A stretch of 63,075 bases of DNA, filler included, from Choristocarpus tenellus KU-1152 (GCA_964200185.2; 8 parts of 8 records of this genome joined end to end with filler, not necessarily neighbours in it), one strand, 5' to 3'. Shown: positions 12,818-26,582, numbered from the whole stretch's first letter. Numbers and translations are program-made. Notes: generated from the sequence alone by a model not told the origin.

Positions 12818-14925
12818 GGGGGGGTGGGGGGGGGGGGTGATTTGATTTCTTTGTTACAGTAAAATATTTCTTTTTGAGGAGGAGAAAAGGAGTATGGTGG
12901 TGCTTGTTTTATTTGGGTATGTTTGGAATCTTTCTAGAGTTTTTATAAACTGTTTTATTTTTGTTTTTACGGTTGTGTTTTTAGAGTTAGGGGTTTGGCA
13001 GATTGAGGACGCAATGGCAGCGGTGTACTGTTTGTGATGTAATTTTTTTGACTTTAGAAATAAGAAATAATTGTACGAGGTGTGTCACCAAAGTGTGCAC
13101 ATGTAGTAGAACTTTCTCAACTTTTTTTTTTGCCCTGAGTTTTTTTTTGTGGAGTGACCAAAAAGTAAATGGCGTTATGTGCTCAAAATGGATTCAGTCC
13201 GACTTCTTACATATATTTGTATTTTTGTATGCTTATATCTCTTGACTCCAGTGTTGGTTGTGTTGACTGTTGCATTTTTTTGTTGTTGATGCTTGGGTGT
13301 CTATGGCATTACTAAAGGGAAATGGCACCTGCTGGTGCTGTAAGGTGAAGGGAACCGACACAGGAGAAGAGGCATGCCTACTTATCATATCTGTTCCGTG
13401 TGTGGTACTAGAGGTGTTTGGTTCCTCCCTGCTTGGGTCTTCCTGTGAATACATGCTCTAGTATGTGTCGATAGCACGGGTTGATGTGATGAGGGAAGGA
13501 TGCGCATTGTGATGGCTCTGGTGAACTATGTTGACTGAGTGTCTACATCAATGAACCTGATTGGTTCAGTGTCTGTGCTGATGCACACGTTCCATCGGGT
13601 AGATGTTCATAGTGATTTAATCTGATTGATTGGCTCAATGGCAATGCATTCGTTCAACTGGCTTGGTGTAATCTTGGTTGGCTACAGCAAACGCCTTTCT
13701 GTGGTAGAGCCCTGTCTGTCGCCCATGTGATGTCACATTGCCACTTACTGCTCCGGTGATGCAGGCAAGGATTGAAGCTGAGCGGGAGGATGCTCCTGGC
13801 ACTGTGACCATGGAGAGCATGGGTTTGGCGCAAGGGGAGGTTGAGGTGGAAGTTGCTGTGGAGGAGCCAGAGGTAGAGGTAGAGCCAGAGGCAAGGGCAC
13901 CAGAGGAAGAGGCTGCGCCAACAGGGGGCAGTAGATTTGTCGCATATGCTGACCTCATGGGGTGAGTGATTTGATTGGTTCGATGCTCTCATTGATGGTG
14001 GGCTATTGGTTTGATGCTTTCAATATCACTGAGGTGGGTGGGGTAGGGTCTGGGGTATTAGGGGAAGAAGAATGCCTGTTTGCTGCAAAGTGTGACACAG
14101 ACAGACATCCGGGCTGTGTTGGCTGGTGTAAAAAAGTATTGTCAGTGTCCCTACTGTTTACCCAGCTCATTTTTGGTACGAGGATTAACCTTTGTTTTTG
14201 TGTTAAGGTTTGGGAGTTAAACTTCTTTGTTGATACCTTGCTGTGGTGAATTGTTTTTTGGCTATAGGTACATACATAATAGTTTTCTGATGTGATTCAA
14301 AATCTGCTTCTACTTCCACTCTTGTGTAATAATTTCATGGGAGTGTTGCGTGAAGGTAAAGCATAGCCCGTTGTGTTCACAGCAACTGTCTGTTGAAGAC
14401 TGCCGTGGTTTTTGTATTGCTTGGTTGGCATGTTTTTTGTGCAAATTGAATTATCTCTGTGGCATTTCATGATCGATCATTGCACGTAGTGTAGTGTGCT
14501 ATCCATAGGTTTAATGTTGTCAGTTACTCCTGAAATCTTGAAAATTTGCGTTCTGTTTTCAACTGTAGTACTGGTAGGTTTTTGTAGTATGCAGGATGGT
14601 ATGTATGGGGCATCTTCCTTGCACTACACAGGAGATCTTGCTGGTCCTCGCCATTGTTAAGGCATGTAGTTTCATTCGAGCAATCTTGTGGTGTTACTGA
14701 TATCTTCCCTCCCCCTTCCCCCACCCTTTTTGATTTATGTACTGCATGTAACCTCTTGAATGGAATAGTGCTGGTAGGGAGGTGGAGGGGGTTGACCCCT
14801 CCTGCCGTGAACAGTACCTGAGTGACACGGAGTTTTTCGAAGTGTTTGGTATGTCCAAGGCGGACTTCTTGGCACAACCCAAGTGGAAGCAGCAGTCGCA
14901 GAAGAAGGCAAAGAGTCTTTTCTGA
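5551..14925 (+). CDS. VIL: Villin (gelsolin repeats G4-G6 + headpiece), 5'-partial
   Basis: Exons 5551-5637, 6188-6283, 7414-7500, 8476-8661, 10249-10377, 10800-10955, 11821-11970, 12551-12748, 13765-13961, 14769-14925 splice in phase. They give DDGSGKLEIWRVE, GELYGGDSYVMLYTY, YFWQG, VRVAQGKEPKH, LNSGDCFVL, EGEESEEFWAALGG, DDIMLLD..VYIWVG, AGNEPTLFTQHF and headpiece GVDPSCREQYLSDTEFFEVFGMSKADFLAQPKWKQQSQKKAKSLF*. Confidence 0.96.
5779..5830. repeat. (ATGT)n microsatellite (intronic); also (GA)n 7854-7879 and (CT)n 10124-10162
   Basis: Read directly. Confidence 0.95.
8430..8459 (+). repeat. Interstitial telomere-like (CCCTAA)n tract just upstream of a villin splice acceptor
   Basis: ACCCTGACCCTAACCCTAACCCTAACCCT ends about 15 nt before the AG at 8474-8475. 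Confidence 0.85.
11536..11623. repeat. 21-bp minisatellite GTAACAGAATGTGTATTAAGA x4 (villin intron)
   Basis: Read directly; no spacers. Confidence 0.95.
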
Positions 14926-15148
14926 GAAGTTTCTGCTGGTGGAAAGAGCACAGGGGGAAGGATTTGAGGGGGGGGGGGAGAGGAAGGTCACGATGGGGAG
15001 AATGTTCAAGTTCTGACTTTGTAGGTCTCTTCTTGAAGATGACTTTTTTGTATGGGTTCCCTTCTCATTCCCTGATGTCCTTTTTGCCCTGCCCTATTTT
15101 GACCACTGTTGACTTGCAGTCTTGTTTGGAGCCAGAGGGACTAGTAGT

Positions 15149-15180
<32 letters not shown>

Positions 15181-18100
15181 TAAGGGTTGTAGCCGGTCGT
15201 TTGGGTTGAGCTTCGGGACTTACTCTTCAGTGTTTGATAAGTGCATGTAGCTGGGGGTGATAGGGCAATTGCTGTTATCAGTTGGTTCACACGAGGAGTT
15301 TGTGGTCTTTTGAGAAAGTTCGTAAACTTGTGTGTTGACTGAGGTAGTTGCTGTGATAGACTTTGCTCCCCAGAGCACCATTAGCAGTCCTTTTTTTTCG
15401 TTACAGAGTGAAAACACCCCAACACAAACGCCTTCCATTGCTTTTTCTTTGTGCACTTCTTTTGGCAGTTTGTGCTTTTGTAGTACATCGTATCTTGTAA
15501 CGGGATGGCTGACTGGTTTAGCTCTGGGCAGCAGCAGTGTAGACACGTGGTGCTTCTTTGTTTTGTTGGGGTGGGGGTGGGAAGGTGGTGGGAGATGAGG
15601 GAGAGTGACTAGTGAAGGATCATTATGATACTGAAGATGTAGGAGGATGGAAGGGCACTTGGGGGAGAAGGGGATGGTCGTCAATTGTCGTTGATGGACA
15701 GCAGTGAACATGGAAGGTGAACACGTTTGGGTACGAGGGGGAGGGGGAGGGGGAGGGGGAGGGGGGGGGGGAGGGGGGGGGGGGGGGGGGGGGGGGGGAG
15801 GGTCGAAGATGGTGGGATGTGTTGGAGGGAAGAGGAAACTGATTTGGTAGAGGAGGGAGCTAGTTCCTGCTTTCATTGGATGGAAGTTCACTCTGTTCTT
15901 TGTTGACAGAAGCAGTGGGGTCTCACCTCTGATGGTCTTGTTCCTGTAAGGGGCAAGAAGTCGGGGGGTTAGGTGTGAGATGATGAGGTGTCCTGTTAGG
16001 TATGTGTGCTGCTTGCTGTCTGCAAGTGGTCTTTGTCACCTAGAATTGTTTGGATGTATGCATGTTGAATGGGGCGGTGAAGGAAGGGTGGTTTTTTTGG
16101 AAATCGACTCATGTGCGGGTTGGCTGAGGTAAAGGGGTATTATTGGGGAGTTTGATGATGTATGTTGTTTGGTGGAAATAATAATAATAGGTTGGTTTGT
16201 TATGTTGGTTTGTGTGTTCCCGAATTAAATAAACAAAACGTGTGTGTTCGTTTCCCTTTTGATGTGTTTTGAGACACTTTGTTGCGCCTTATTTGTCATA
16301 GCAAGGAACAATTACTACCGCACTTTTTGAGGGGAGTGGCGTGAGACAAATGGAGGGGTTGATGCCTTGTCTTTGGTTGGAACCCATGTAGTATGTGTGT
16401 AGTATTGGATCCTTTTTTTTTAATTAAAGATACAAGGAGGCAGGATTGTCAGTTTTGATGAGTGCGCTAAATTGCTACATAAAAATATTAGAAAAATTTG
16501 TTTTCTTGTCACCGTCACATCTTAGGGAAAGTGATGTTCTGTATCGTACATTATTGGTTGGTATGATGTAAGTACTATAAAACGTCTACGTGGTAGGAAA
16601 CATAACTCATCTTCTAGGTCACTTCTTTTTCAATTTTCTAGACTATATATATATTTTTTGTATGTCGCTCTTCGCTGCGTCACTAGGCAAGGCCTCACAG
16701 TTTATCCATGGTGAGTGGTGTGTAAGAAAGATCAGGATCGTGGGGTTGTGGAGGTGCACTTGTTACACTTGTTGTCTGCAGGTGGTTTCTAGAGGTAGCA
16801 CTGTTGCGTCTAGAAGTTAGGATATCAGTTTGGGGTTTATCTTGTGCAATTGTGAGTAATCTTGAACTGATGATGTCGATTGAAGGAACAGATTCTTCTG
16901 CATGGTGGTTGTCAAATGGTGGTAAACTGTCAAATGCCCTCCATTGTCTCCGATTTATGCAGTTCAAAGCCGTTCACAAGATACAGATGGTAGCCCCGCA
17001 CAGTAGGGTTATCACAATTGGGGTTCTAAGGACATCGCGATAGACAGGATATCATCGGAAAGTGCTAGCTCGGAAAGACTGTAGGTAAGGGGCCAAAGGC
17101 CTGAACAACAGCGGATCATGATAATGGCGGATGGATCATTTCATGGAGGATTGGTTAGACCGAAATGGTGCGCGGAAAGTGCCCATATGTTTTTTTTTGT
17201 AAATGTCATAAAACCTTTTTAGGACNNNNNNNNNNNNNNNNNNNNNNNNNNNNNNNNNNNNNNNNNNNNTTAATTAATTAANNNNNNNNNNNNNNNNNNN
17301 NNNNNNNNNNNNNNNNNNNNNNNNNCGGTGATTGTGATTGCCCCCTCCTTGAGCAAAAAAGAACTTGGCACCTTTGACACATTCACATTATTTTGAATTG
17401 TGTTGTATGGTGTGTTTTAGGTTATGATCGATAGATGACGCGTTGGAATAGACAGACATGCCTATCCAGGTTAGGTAGAATCAAGTTCGTTATCATATAG
17501 TAACCACAGAATACCTTTTTGCATACTTTGATCATGTCGTGTGCAGCGAAACATTATGTCGCATTCCTACAATCACGCCTGGACCACCAAACTTCACTGG
17601 GCATCAAATGTCGGTGTTGACATAACCGTTATGGAATTTGTGGCATTGTAGATCCAGATAGATGACGAGACGAGGCTGTGCATGGATTGTCACACCAACG
17701 AGTATATTTCTGATTAGGAGAAGAGTGACGAGGGCAACAATGACAATGAACTGACTGCAGTGATGGGTGATGGTGCACGTCAGCATGATTCATGTCACCT
17801 ATTTTGTCCAAGACCTCACAGAGCTCCTCCAGAAAATGAGTGTGTGTATCCAAGATGTAGAGGAGGGAAAGAGAGATAGTGACCTTAACTTGGGGAAGGT
17901 GTTGGAAGACCTACCCTGATAAGGTTGGCAAGCTCCCAACCAACATAAGGATCACTAGACCTCAAAAATAGTTGCAACTAGAAGAGTAGGAGGGTATAAT
18001 TGAGGCGTTGGCACGGGACTCGGGGGGTGAGCTGGTGGAGGTAGTTTGCGTCAAGCACACCAGGAAAGGCTGATTAGGAAGGGGGTGAACTGTCAGGAGA

Positions 18101-18958
18101 TCAAAGCGAGACACAGACAGGATAGTGATAATAATCAAGGCAGGGCTTCCTCCACCTCCCTTTGTTGAAGTGACACAATATATTTTCTTCAATTGGAGGC
18201 AAAGGGAAGGGAGAGTGGGTTAGATGGAGCTGCACATTTTTGCACAATACAAGAATTGTATTCTCGAGAGCTTTTGCTTAGAGACCTTCGATGTAGAGAG
18301 ATGTCAGAAGTTTCTTTGACTTATGGGTGTTATAGCATGCTCTGTTCTCTACACAAATCACATTACGGGGACACAGCGTCACACCTGAGTGTACTCAAGT
18401 CAAACAAGTGGGCCACACTTGTTCTTAGAATGGTTAATTTCTTCAGTCGTTGTGTACCTTACTTGAAAAATGTCCACCGTTAGGTGCGCAGGGCCCGAAA
18501 TATCGAAACTTACCTTATCTAGGACTCTCGTCAATAAGGCAAGTCAGTCAATAACATGACCCAAACGTTGACTTAATAGATGCCACTAACTGCGCACATT
18601 ATTATTGGTGGTTGTAGAATACTGATGAGGCATGATAAACATATATAGGATACGAGGAAGCGTGTTTTGCTTACTACATGCAGATACCACTAGTAGCTTC
18701 CTTAGCAACATAGATGTATGCCTAGAAATCGTAGGAAAAAGTACAGACTTGTATAATTGGTAATAGACCATGGGCGGATTCGCATGAGAGAGACACCTTG
18801 GAAGAAAACAAAAAGAACAGCAGCACTATGAATGCTAGCGATGTGCTTATATGTTGCCGTCGACATGAAAAACAATGCTGGTTGTGTTACAGTTTGGACT
18901 AAAAATATCGTGGTGTTGTGTTGCTGTGCCGCTACAATCTTTGTCAAACACGTTTCCA

Positions 18959-19217
18959 GAGTCAAAGTATCTTAGAGGGTAGAGCCGCGTCCATTTGGGG
19001 GCCAAAATCTAGTGTTGCGATTTTGATATAATTTTGACTGTCATGTTTTTTAGGAAGTATCAATATCCTTGTCGCGGACACACCTTTTCACAACATACAC
19101 ATTTTACCTACTTCGAAATATTATGGAGGAAGAAACTGTCATAAAAACACCCGAGGGAAGGCAAGCCCCTAATGGACAAACAGGGCAAAACTCGTACCCT
19201 CTAAGATACTTTCACTC
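18959..19217 (+). mobile_element. Sola2-type MITE, copy 1 (TSD TCCA)
   Basis: TIRs GAGTCAAAGTATCTTAGAGGGTA / TACCCTCTAAGATACTTTCACTC, flanked by TCCA on both sides. Confidence 0.9.
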
Positions 19218-20415
19218 TCCAATCGTCAAGGAAGTTTGCCTAGATAAATGTTGAGGGAAGGATGCTCAATGCCAAGGGTGATAGTCATCATTTGTGTGAG
19301 GAGATTCAATGTCAATCTTTCAGCAGCACAATAATAGAAGTACTCCTGGGAAAACAAAACGTAAGTAGGAACACGGAGAGCTCTCTCAGTACCAACAGTG
19401 CAGATTTAGATAGCTGTTTGTGTGTGGAAGAAGAGAGAAGAAAGAGACGGGAGCGTGACATGATTCCCCTTTGCTGAAAGTGAGGAAATGGTTGAAAAGA
19501 AGAGTGATATTATTATAGATGGTGGAGCTTGGTTTAGGACCTATTGCTTCTAGAAAACTCCATCAATATTTAGAGAAACTTCTCGAACAGATGGACATCA
19601 AAACCCAGAATTGATTCTCTATAGATGTCCTGCTAGGATATGAACTATGATCCCAAATGCTTTCGGATACATATTATTGTAGTTCATATTGTATTTTGCA
19701 CACCAACAAACATACAACAATGAAGACTGCCTGAAAGGTGACTGGTGTGGATGCAACTTATCGCTCTCTTTACTGTTGGGGGACACATGGCACCATTAAA
19801 GGCTATTCCAACAGGAAGATTGTGGAAGGGTTTATTGATGTCAAGAAACACACATCTTATTAGTTCTATTAGCATTTCATACTCCCTCTGTCCCATAAGT
19901 CTGTGACGTTAAGCGTGTAACTTCTCAAGATGATCTCCAATGAAAAAACGTTTCTAACGTTGGATTCCTTGACGTTTACGTGAAAATCACTCTTCGTCTC
20001 TTTCCTCGTGCCATCAATCCATCAATCCACCATCGCGTCAAAGCCCCTCTCTATTGATTCTGACTGATTTGGGGAGACTTCCTCATACCGCCTTTTCTTA
20101 GCTCCAGTGTGATGTCCCTGGAAAGCGTTACCTCCTAATGCCTTTAATATTTGATGTTACCACTTACAGAGGCTCTGCCACACCCTCTCTAAAATAGCTG
20201 TGCCGTACACGCCGCACATGCTATTTACCCCCTTCACAACGTCGCCTGTCGTGCCATAATGCTCCCTCCAAACTCTACTTTTAGGGAATGCAAAGAACCC
20301 CAAATCGTTGATATTGAGATCAGGTGACTCTTGTGCTGAAACTTGTGAGAGCCCACCCTTTCCTCCCCGAGGAACATGCAGACACGCTCCCCATCACAGA
20401 TGAGGTAGAACAATA

Positions 20416-20437
20416 GGGTCAAAGTATCTGGGGGGGG
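20416..20437 (+). mobile_element. Truncated TIR of the G-rich MITE variant at a contig end
   Basis: GGGTCAAAGTATCTGGGGGGGG, then the gap. Confidence 0.6.
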
Positions 20438-23149
20438 NNNNNNNNNNNNNNNNNNNNNNNNNNNNNNNNNNNNNNNNNNNNTTAATTAATTAANNNNNNN
20501 NNNNNNNNNNNNNNNNNNNNNNNNNNNNNNNNNNNNNGTCTGTCCGTGGAATCATGGATTCTTGACTGAGAACCTTAATCGGTACCACGGTATAACGGTA
20601 TAATAACAGACAAACATGCTTTCCACAATGCTACATTTAATTTTCAATTGAGGGAACAAGTATTGTACCTAACATATACAATGTACCTAGTATTTACAAC
20701 TGTATTCCCTCAGACCGGTTTTTCCTTTTTTCGACATATATATGTGAAGTTTGAATCCCATTTGTATTTTTTTACTACCTACACTGTCCTACTTCACGTC
20801 GTTGTGAGCATTAGTTGTCGTTTATGTGCGTAGGTTCTTCTGTGTACTGGCGGATACTTGTTCGACAGATCGAAAAAACCTTGCCAGCACTGACTCTATA
20901 CACTCCAGTGTAATTTTGAACTCTTGTGTAGATGTTAGTGTTATTATCTAGTGTTATTATCTAGATCAAAATTTTGTAGGCTTTAGATTGTGGACTTCGA
21001 ATAATGGTCAGAACTAGGATCCCATGGCGAATCCCTCCACCACACCATACACGACTAAAAGAAGAAGATGTGATGATGAGGTGGAGGATATGGGAAGTAA
21101 GGACCTATGCACGTCTCGACTTTTGGACAGGACTGCTATGTTGGTATCAAGATGAGTGGGTGAAGATTTCCGTGTTGGTGCTGATGACTCTCATGGAGAG
21201 TTTGATGTGCAAGTTGCTGAATGATTTGTGCAAGGTGTGAGGGAGAGGGAAAATCCTTAGTCAATCCCCATCTTGGCGTAGAAGAGGACCACTGTATTAA
21301 AGCTGTACGGAAAACTCATGGACCGCATGTGCCTTTTTTTGTTGGGGGTGTTAGAGAATTGTTTTCTGCTAATCTCTCCAACTGGGATGAAGTCAACATC
21401 TTGTAGAAGTATCATCCTGACTGGTAGCGATGAAGGTGAGACAGAGATGCAACGAAAGTATACTGCAGTTGTCACGCTTCATGTACCACCCCTAGTGTTC
21501 TCTCGCAGCATCCTCTCTCCTTACGCAAGATGGCCAACATCTTTTTGCTGATAGGAAACACTGAACAGGTAGTAAGGGTCAAGAACTTCTATTTTGTTCT
21601 GCTGCTGCTTCTGGACGATATACTATAGTTTATTGCATCGATATGGTTTCTTCCTTTATTTACACCACGATCAATAGTTTCTCAACACTACCCACTCATT
21701 GTCATTTTCCAGGAGGCACCTTCATCCATGAGCCCTGGAATCTCTGCGCAATTCAGCTGATGGATGCATTGGTGACACAGATCACCCAGATGTTGTTGCT
21801 CCCTACGCGACTAATAGCTGGTCCATATATTGACTGGACCGCTTTTGGACCAATACAGTGGACAAGTACCGAACACGCGTGAAGTTTCTCCTGGTTTCTG
21901 AACCTCTCTCGGAGTTCCTCAATGTTTGCTGTTTCCCTATAATTGCTGATGAAATCCGGCGTGGCAGGTACAATTTTCTTCATTGTGTTACTTTCCCCTC
22001 TGTCCTTTCGTATGCACTCAGGTCTTACCTGATATTAGATGAATACATATACGCATCGGAAAGAGTCCGAGAAGTTTAGTGATGAACAGCATCTTACTTG
22101 TTGGATCAAGACTTTGGTGTGTATTCATGTTTTTTTAATGCAGCTCTGATACTGCTTATGATCTCACCTGTATGGGACATCGGTGGAGTGTATGTATGCA
22201 CCTCCTTGTGGCAAGACCAGCCTGATGTGGCTTGAACACAAGATGACACAGCAATCCAATTCCATTTATCTCAGGATGGACTCATATCTTCCGCTCTCTT
22301 TGCAACAGGCAACTCTGCAGATTCAGTGGGACGAATTATTCGCCCCTACAGGTGGGATGGCCACAGAAGCTGGGAGAGCAACAGCAGGATGCAAGGAAGA
22401 GGGGAGAACAAGAGTTGGGCAAATTGGACATTTCGAGCAGCAAGGATGGAAAAAAGAGGCAGTTGATATGATGCACATACTGAATTGCCTGTGCAGACCA
22501 ACAGCATCAACATCCTTTCGCCTCGATTTTGTTTGGGGGAATCTTCACCTGAGCAGCTAAATCTCCATGAAAGCTTTCCCAGTGACCAGACCTACCTGGA
22601 AAGACTCTGCAAGCGGGACCAACTTGTGAAAGGTGTGGGCATGTACAGTATAAACATGGCCAACCCTAACCCTACCCTGGTCCTAAGGTACTATTGATTC
22701 TAAAGTGTTGTCAATCTAGGTGGGGGTTCATGTTGTAGTCTATTGGAAAGCAGCGAGAATACGTGTGTTTTAGCCTTTCTTCTGAAACTCATCTGGACTG
22801 GCTATTGTCCACATTCTCCCTCAAAAGCAGCTTTGAATTTCTGTCCTTTTTGCTGAATGTTGGAGTAAGTGTCTTCACCTTTGAATCACAAACTAAAGAG
22901 CGGACTGATTTACCATAATTCTATTACATTCTCAAAATTTTCGAGCATGGGCATGTATGTGTATCAATCTTAGTCCTTGAAAGAATACTCTTGTGATCAA
23001 TATGCTGGTCGTCCCATGTACACCACCTGAAAGACCAAACAAGCAACAGTCTGATGTCTGATGCGAATTACAATATTTTTTTCAACGTGTTCGAATTGAA
23101 GTGTTTGTTGACTTTTGCTTGCTTAGAACGCCATTCTTGATCACTGAAA

Positions 23150-23650
23150 ACCTATAAAGTGTGCTGGGAGGTAATACTTGATTCAAAGAACTTCTTCCAC
23201 CCAAGGAAGAGAGTTCGAGATGGTGATAGTAGGGTCCCTCGTGGACACAGACTGCGTGGGACCTTTCATTGCCCGCAATTTGCCAAGCATGGCTTTGTTG
23301 TGGTGCCTAGTAAAATGATCATGATTGCACAGTTGGTGCGCATTCCCAGTCAACCATAGGACTGTCCACCGTAGAAAGTTTCTACATTTATTGTGTATAT
23401 ATGCGTATGGAATATACCAAGGAACATTGACCTTATCTTGTGTCAAGATGAACGTATGACATGGTTGATAATAACGCCTCTCAAGGAGCAATAACCAGGC
23501 TGCTTACCAAGTTTAGACATCATAGCGGCAAAGTGAGTTATTTTTAGACTGCTGCTGTCAGATATGGGTTGTGTTAATTCGGCGCAACCCAAGAGATGAA
23601 GCACTTTCTGAACTTCAAATATGCAAGGAATAAGCAGGCAGGAACTTGAA
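23150..23650 (-). pseudogene. Decayed LINE reverse transcriptase fragment
   Basis: In order across frames: QPISDSSSLKI (RPISLL..KI), KQPGYC..R (Q.GFR), PYAY..CRNFLRWTVLWLTG (AYD.V.R..LW), CPRGTLLSP (PQG..LSP). Confidence 0.45.
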
Positions 23651-26582
23651 TTGACCACAATGTATGTTGCTGTGGTGGAGGAACCTTGAATTGTTGCCCT
23701 CGCCCTGGTGTTAGTGATCTATTCATAATATGTAGAGATTAATACATACGCCTAAATGTTATTAAGTTGAGATTGGCCTACCATATGAGCATTTGAGATA
23801 CATTGGTGCAGCAAGATTTCTTTTTCATCTAGTCTGTCCTTCCCTAGTACAGTAGAGAACACAGAAGTCAAAACCAACTTTAGGCACCAGGACAAAAAGC
23901 CAGGGGGGTGACCCATCTACCCAGACATCTGCCACTCACCAAGTCAGAAATAAGTCAAGGTATGCCAATATGTAACCGCTTGTCATACAATACCAAAACC
24001 ATCAGGGCAAACGGATACTGCAGATAATCGATCGACTCCCTAGAGTCCTGGTGTAAGACAACCTCTAGCAGAGCAGACCCATACCCAAGCAAAAATTCAA
24101 ACACTAGGCATGTGTCATGTAGCAACAGGAGACGTAGTTCAAATATCTATGAAGAAAGTCCTACCTCACCCATCCTCTGCTGAGTCCATCAGTGTGACTT
24201 TTTAAGAGCAACATTTTGAACTCAATCTAGCGCAGGTCAGATGGACATGTCAGACTCTCTGTTCTGTGAGGTTAAGTGAGTATATATACTGGCTGATATG
24301 GCCTATGGCCAGTCCAACAAAAATGCAAAAATATAATTATGCAGTCACACGGTACAATGTGGTAGGTACAGTTGGAGGAACTCCTGTTTTTTCGTGATAC
24401 ATGTCTCTGGGGGGTGTCCAATAAAGAAAATAAAACAGAAACACTATTCCACGACAGAAAAGTAGTGATTGGTAAAATGGTCTAATAGTAAAGCCTGTTG
24501 CTACTGTAGAACCCAGGTGCCAACCAGCACTCTGTCCACATCACTCTCACCCACTGTACATGCTACGGAGTTTTTGTGCAGATAATGGATTAATCCAAAA
24601 AATACCCAATTTCTGCTTAATGAAAAGTCGTCAATGTGAAAAGTGACATGGCAATGGTTTCTTGCAGGTCATACCGTAGACGAACCTGTATGCTTGTTGT
24701 ACATTTTGCTCTCATCATCCCTGTATTGCATTTGCCTTTTTAATTTGCATTCTTCTTAATAGTCGAGGTCATGAGGTAACAGGCAGAGACTGTCCTCTTG
24801 AAGAGTAACACAAAATACTTGGGAAAAAGCAAGAAAGCATCAAGTACGTTGCAGACATCGTCAAATGTTGCTCAACTCGAAAAAAGGGACACTTACACAA
24901 AACACCTTGGACTTTTAATTTTGTAATCCACAAACCATTGCTCCAACAATGAATGTCAATGAATGTTGCAGGTCATATGAGTCTGAGCTCCTTCAAAGAC
25001 AGTTGACGTTATGAATGAGATAGACCCAAGGATGTGATGGACAACAGAAGTTGTGACCAAGTACAACATCCATTCATTTCTCCTTTTTTTGCATTGCTTC
25101 CTCTGTCTTAGGACAAATTAATCCCTTTCTGCTTCCCTTAGATTCCGAAATAATGTGTGAAAGAACAATCATACAGAAGAGGACTGCTTCACAGGACAAT
25201 AGTTGAGCAAATGGAATTACTCTTTTCATTGGCAGAGGTGACATAGCAACAGGCACTGAGTGTTGCACTCTGAACAGACAATATTTGAAAGCCTTGTGAT
25301 AAACAAATGTTTCAGAGGAAATGGACTCTGGCATTGTATGAAAAATTGAAATCCTAGACCAACTGACTCTCTGAGCATCATCCAGAGAACAGGTGCTATA
25401 GAATGAATGAATGACAGACGTTGAAAAGGTCAAAAAGGCGTCATTTTTTAGGGAAAAACTGACATTGAGTGTGTCTTACCAATAGGTGTGATATGTTGAA
25501 AAAACAATGTACAACTGGGTCAGTTGCACAACCAACTGCCCTGGTGATAGAGAGGTATCTCACCATCAAAGGGGGATCAAAGGTTGTGGGTTTTTGAATC
25601 CCAGGTGGACTGCTTTACTGACTCCATGCAGCAGGAGGAAAAATTATAAGCAAGAGGTTCCATGTCACAGGCTCAATGGGAAACATAAAGACTGAGATAA
25701 TCGCTCAGATAGTGCACACCACATTATGCTATGCTTGTTCCGCCCTAGTGTGGACTTAGAAAAGTCAAAAAACACAAAAATGTAAGAAGGCTTTATGGGT
25801 GCTTGTCAAGCACAGGTCCCTCCCATTGATTCTGACTGGGAACTAGAACAAGCTGTGAAGAACTTTCGAAGTTCTCTGTGATGGGACATGATAAAAACAG
25901 TGAATCACAACACAGCAACACTCAAAAACTCCTTTTTGTAGTCTTGGGGTCAGAAATTGTCGTGAATGATACCACATTTCCTGTCCAAATGTTACTAATG
26001 TGCACAAATATTGAAAAATTGAATATTAAAAAACCTAAAAAAAATTGTGCCGTCTATTAAAAGAATGGTCATAACTTGATCAGGGACAAAGCAAAACAGA
26101 AGGCCTTCCCCTAGACAAGAACATAGTGGCAAAGAAGCTGATGTGTTTTGCACCATATGCTGCAAGGGACAGCACAGTGCCACAATACTATTGTGAAAGA
26201 ACACTGCCAACCCGCCAATAGGAATCAGATGTGCTTCTTTATCATATTACAGAGGCCTGTGGAATCTTGACATCCTTTTGGCTAGAGTACTCACTCGACA
26301 AAGGAATAGGTTGTATATTGCTAGTGTAATTGCAAACCTAGTGATATCTCTTTACTTCCTTTGGTGCTAGCAGTGTGCATGGTACAATATTTGTGTGTAA
26401 GGTCTCACCAGATCATGCTACCCCCCCCCCCCCCCCCCCCCCCCCACCCCCCCCCACCACACCCACACCCCCCCCCCCTCACNNNNNNNNNNNNNNNNNN
26501 NNNNNNNNNNNNNNNNNNNNNNNNNNTTAATTAATTAANNNNNNNNNNNNNNNNNNNNNNNNNNNNNNNNNNNNNNNNNNNN

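Noticed and set aside
19480-22700. Possible retroelement or exon fragments (VFLDINKPF at ~19840; open frames 21750-22630)
   Set aside because: Isolated motifs with no consistent frame or splice structure.
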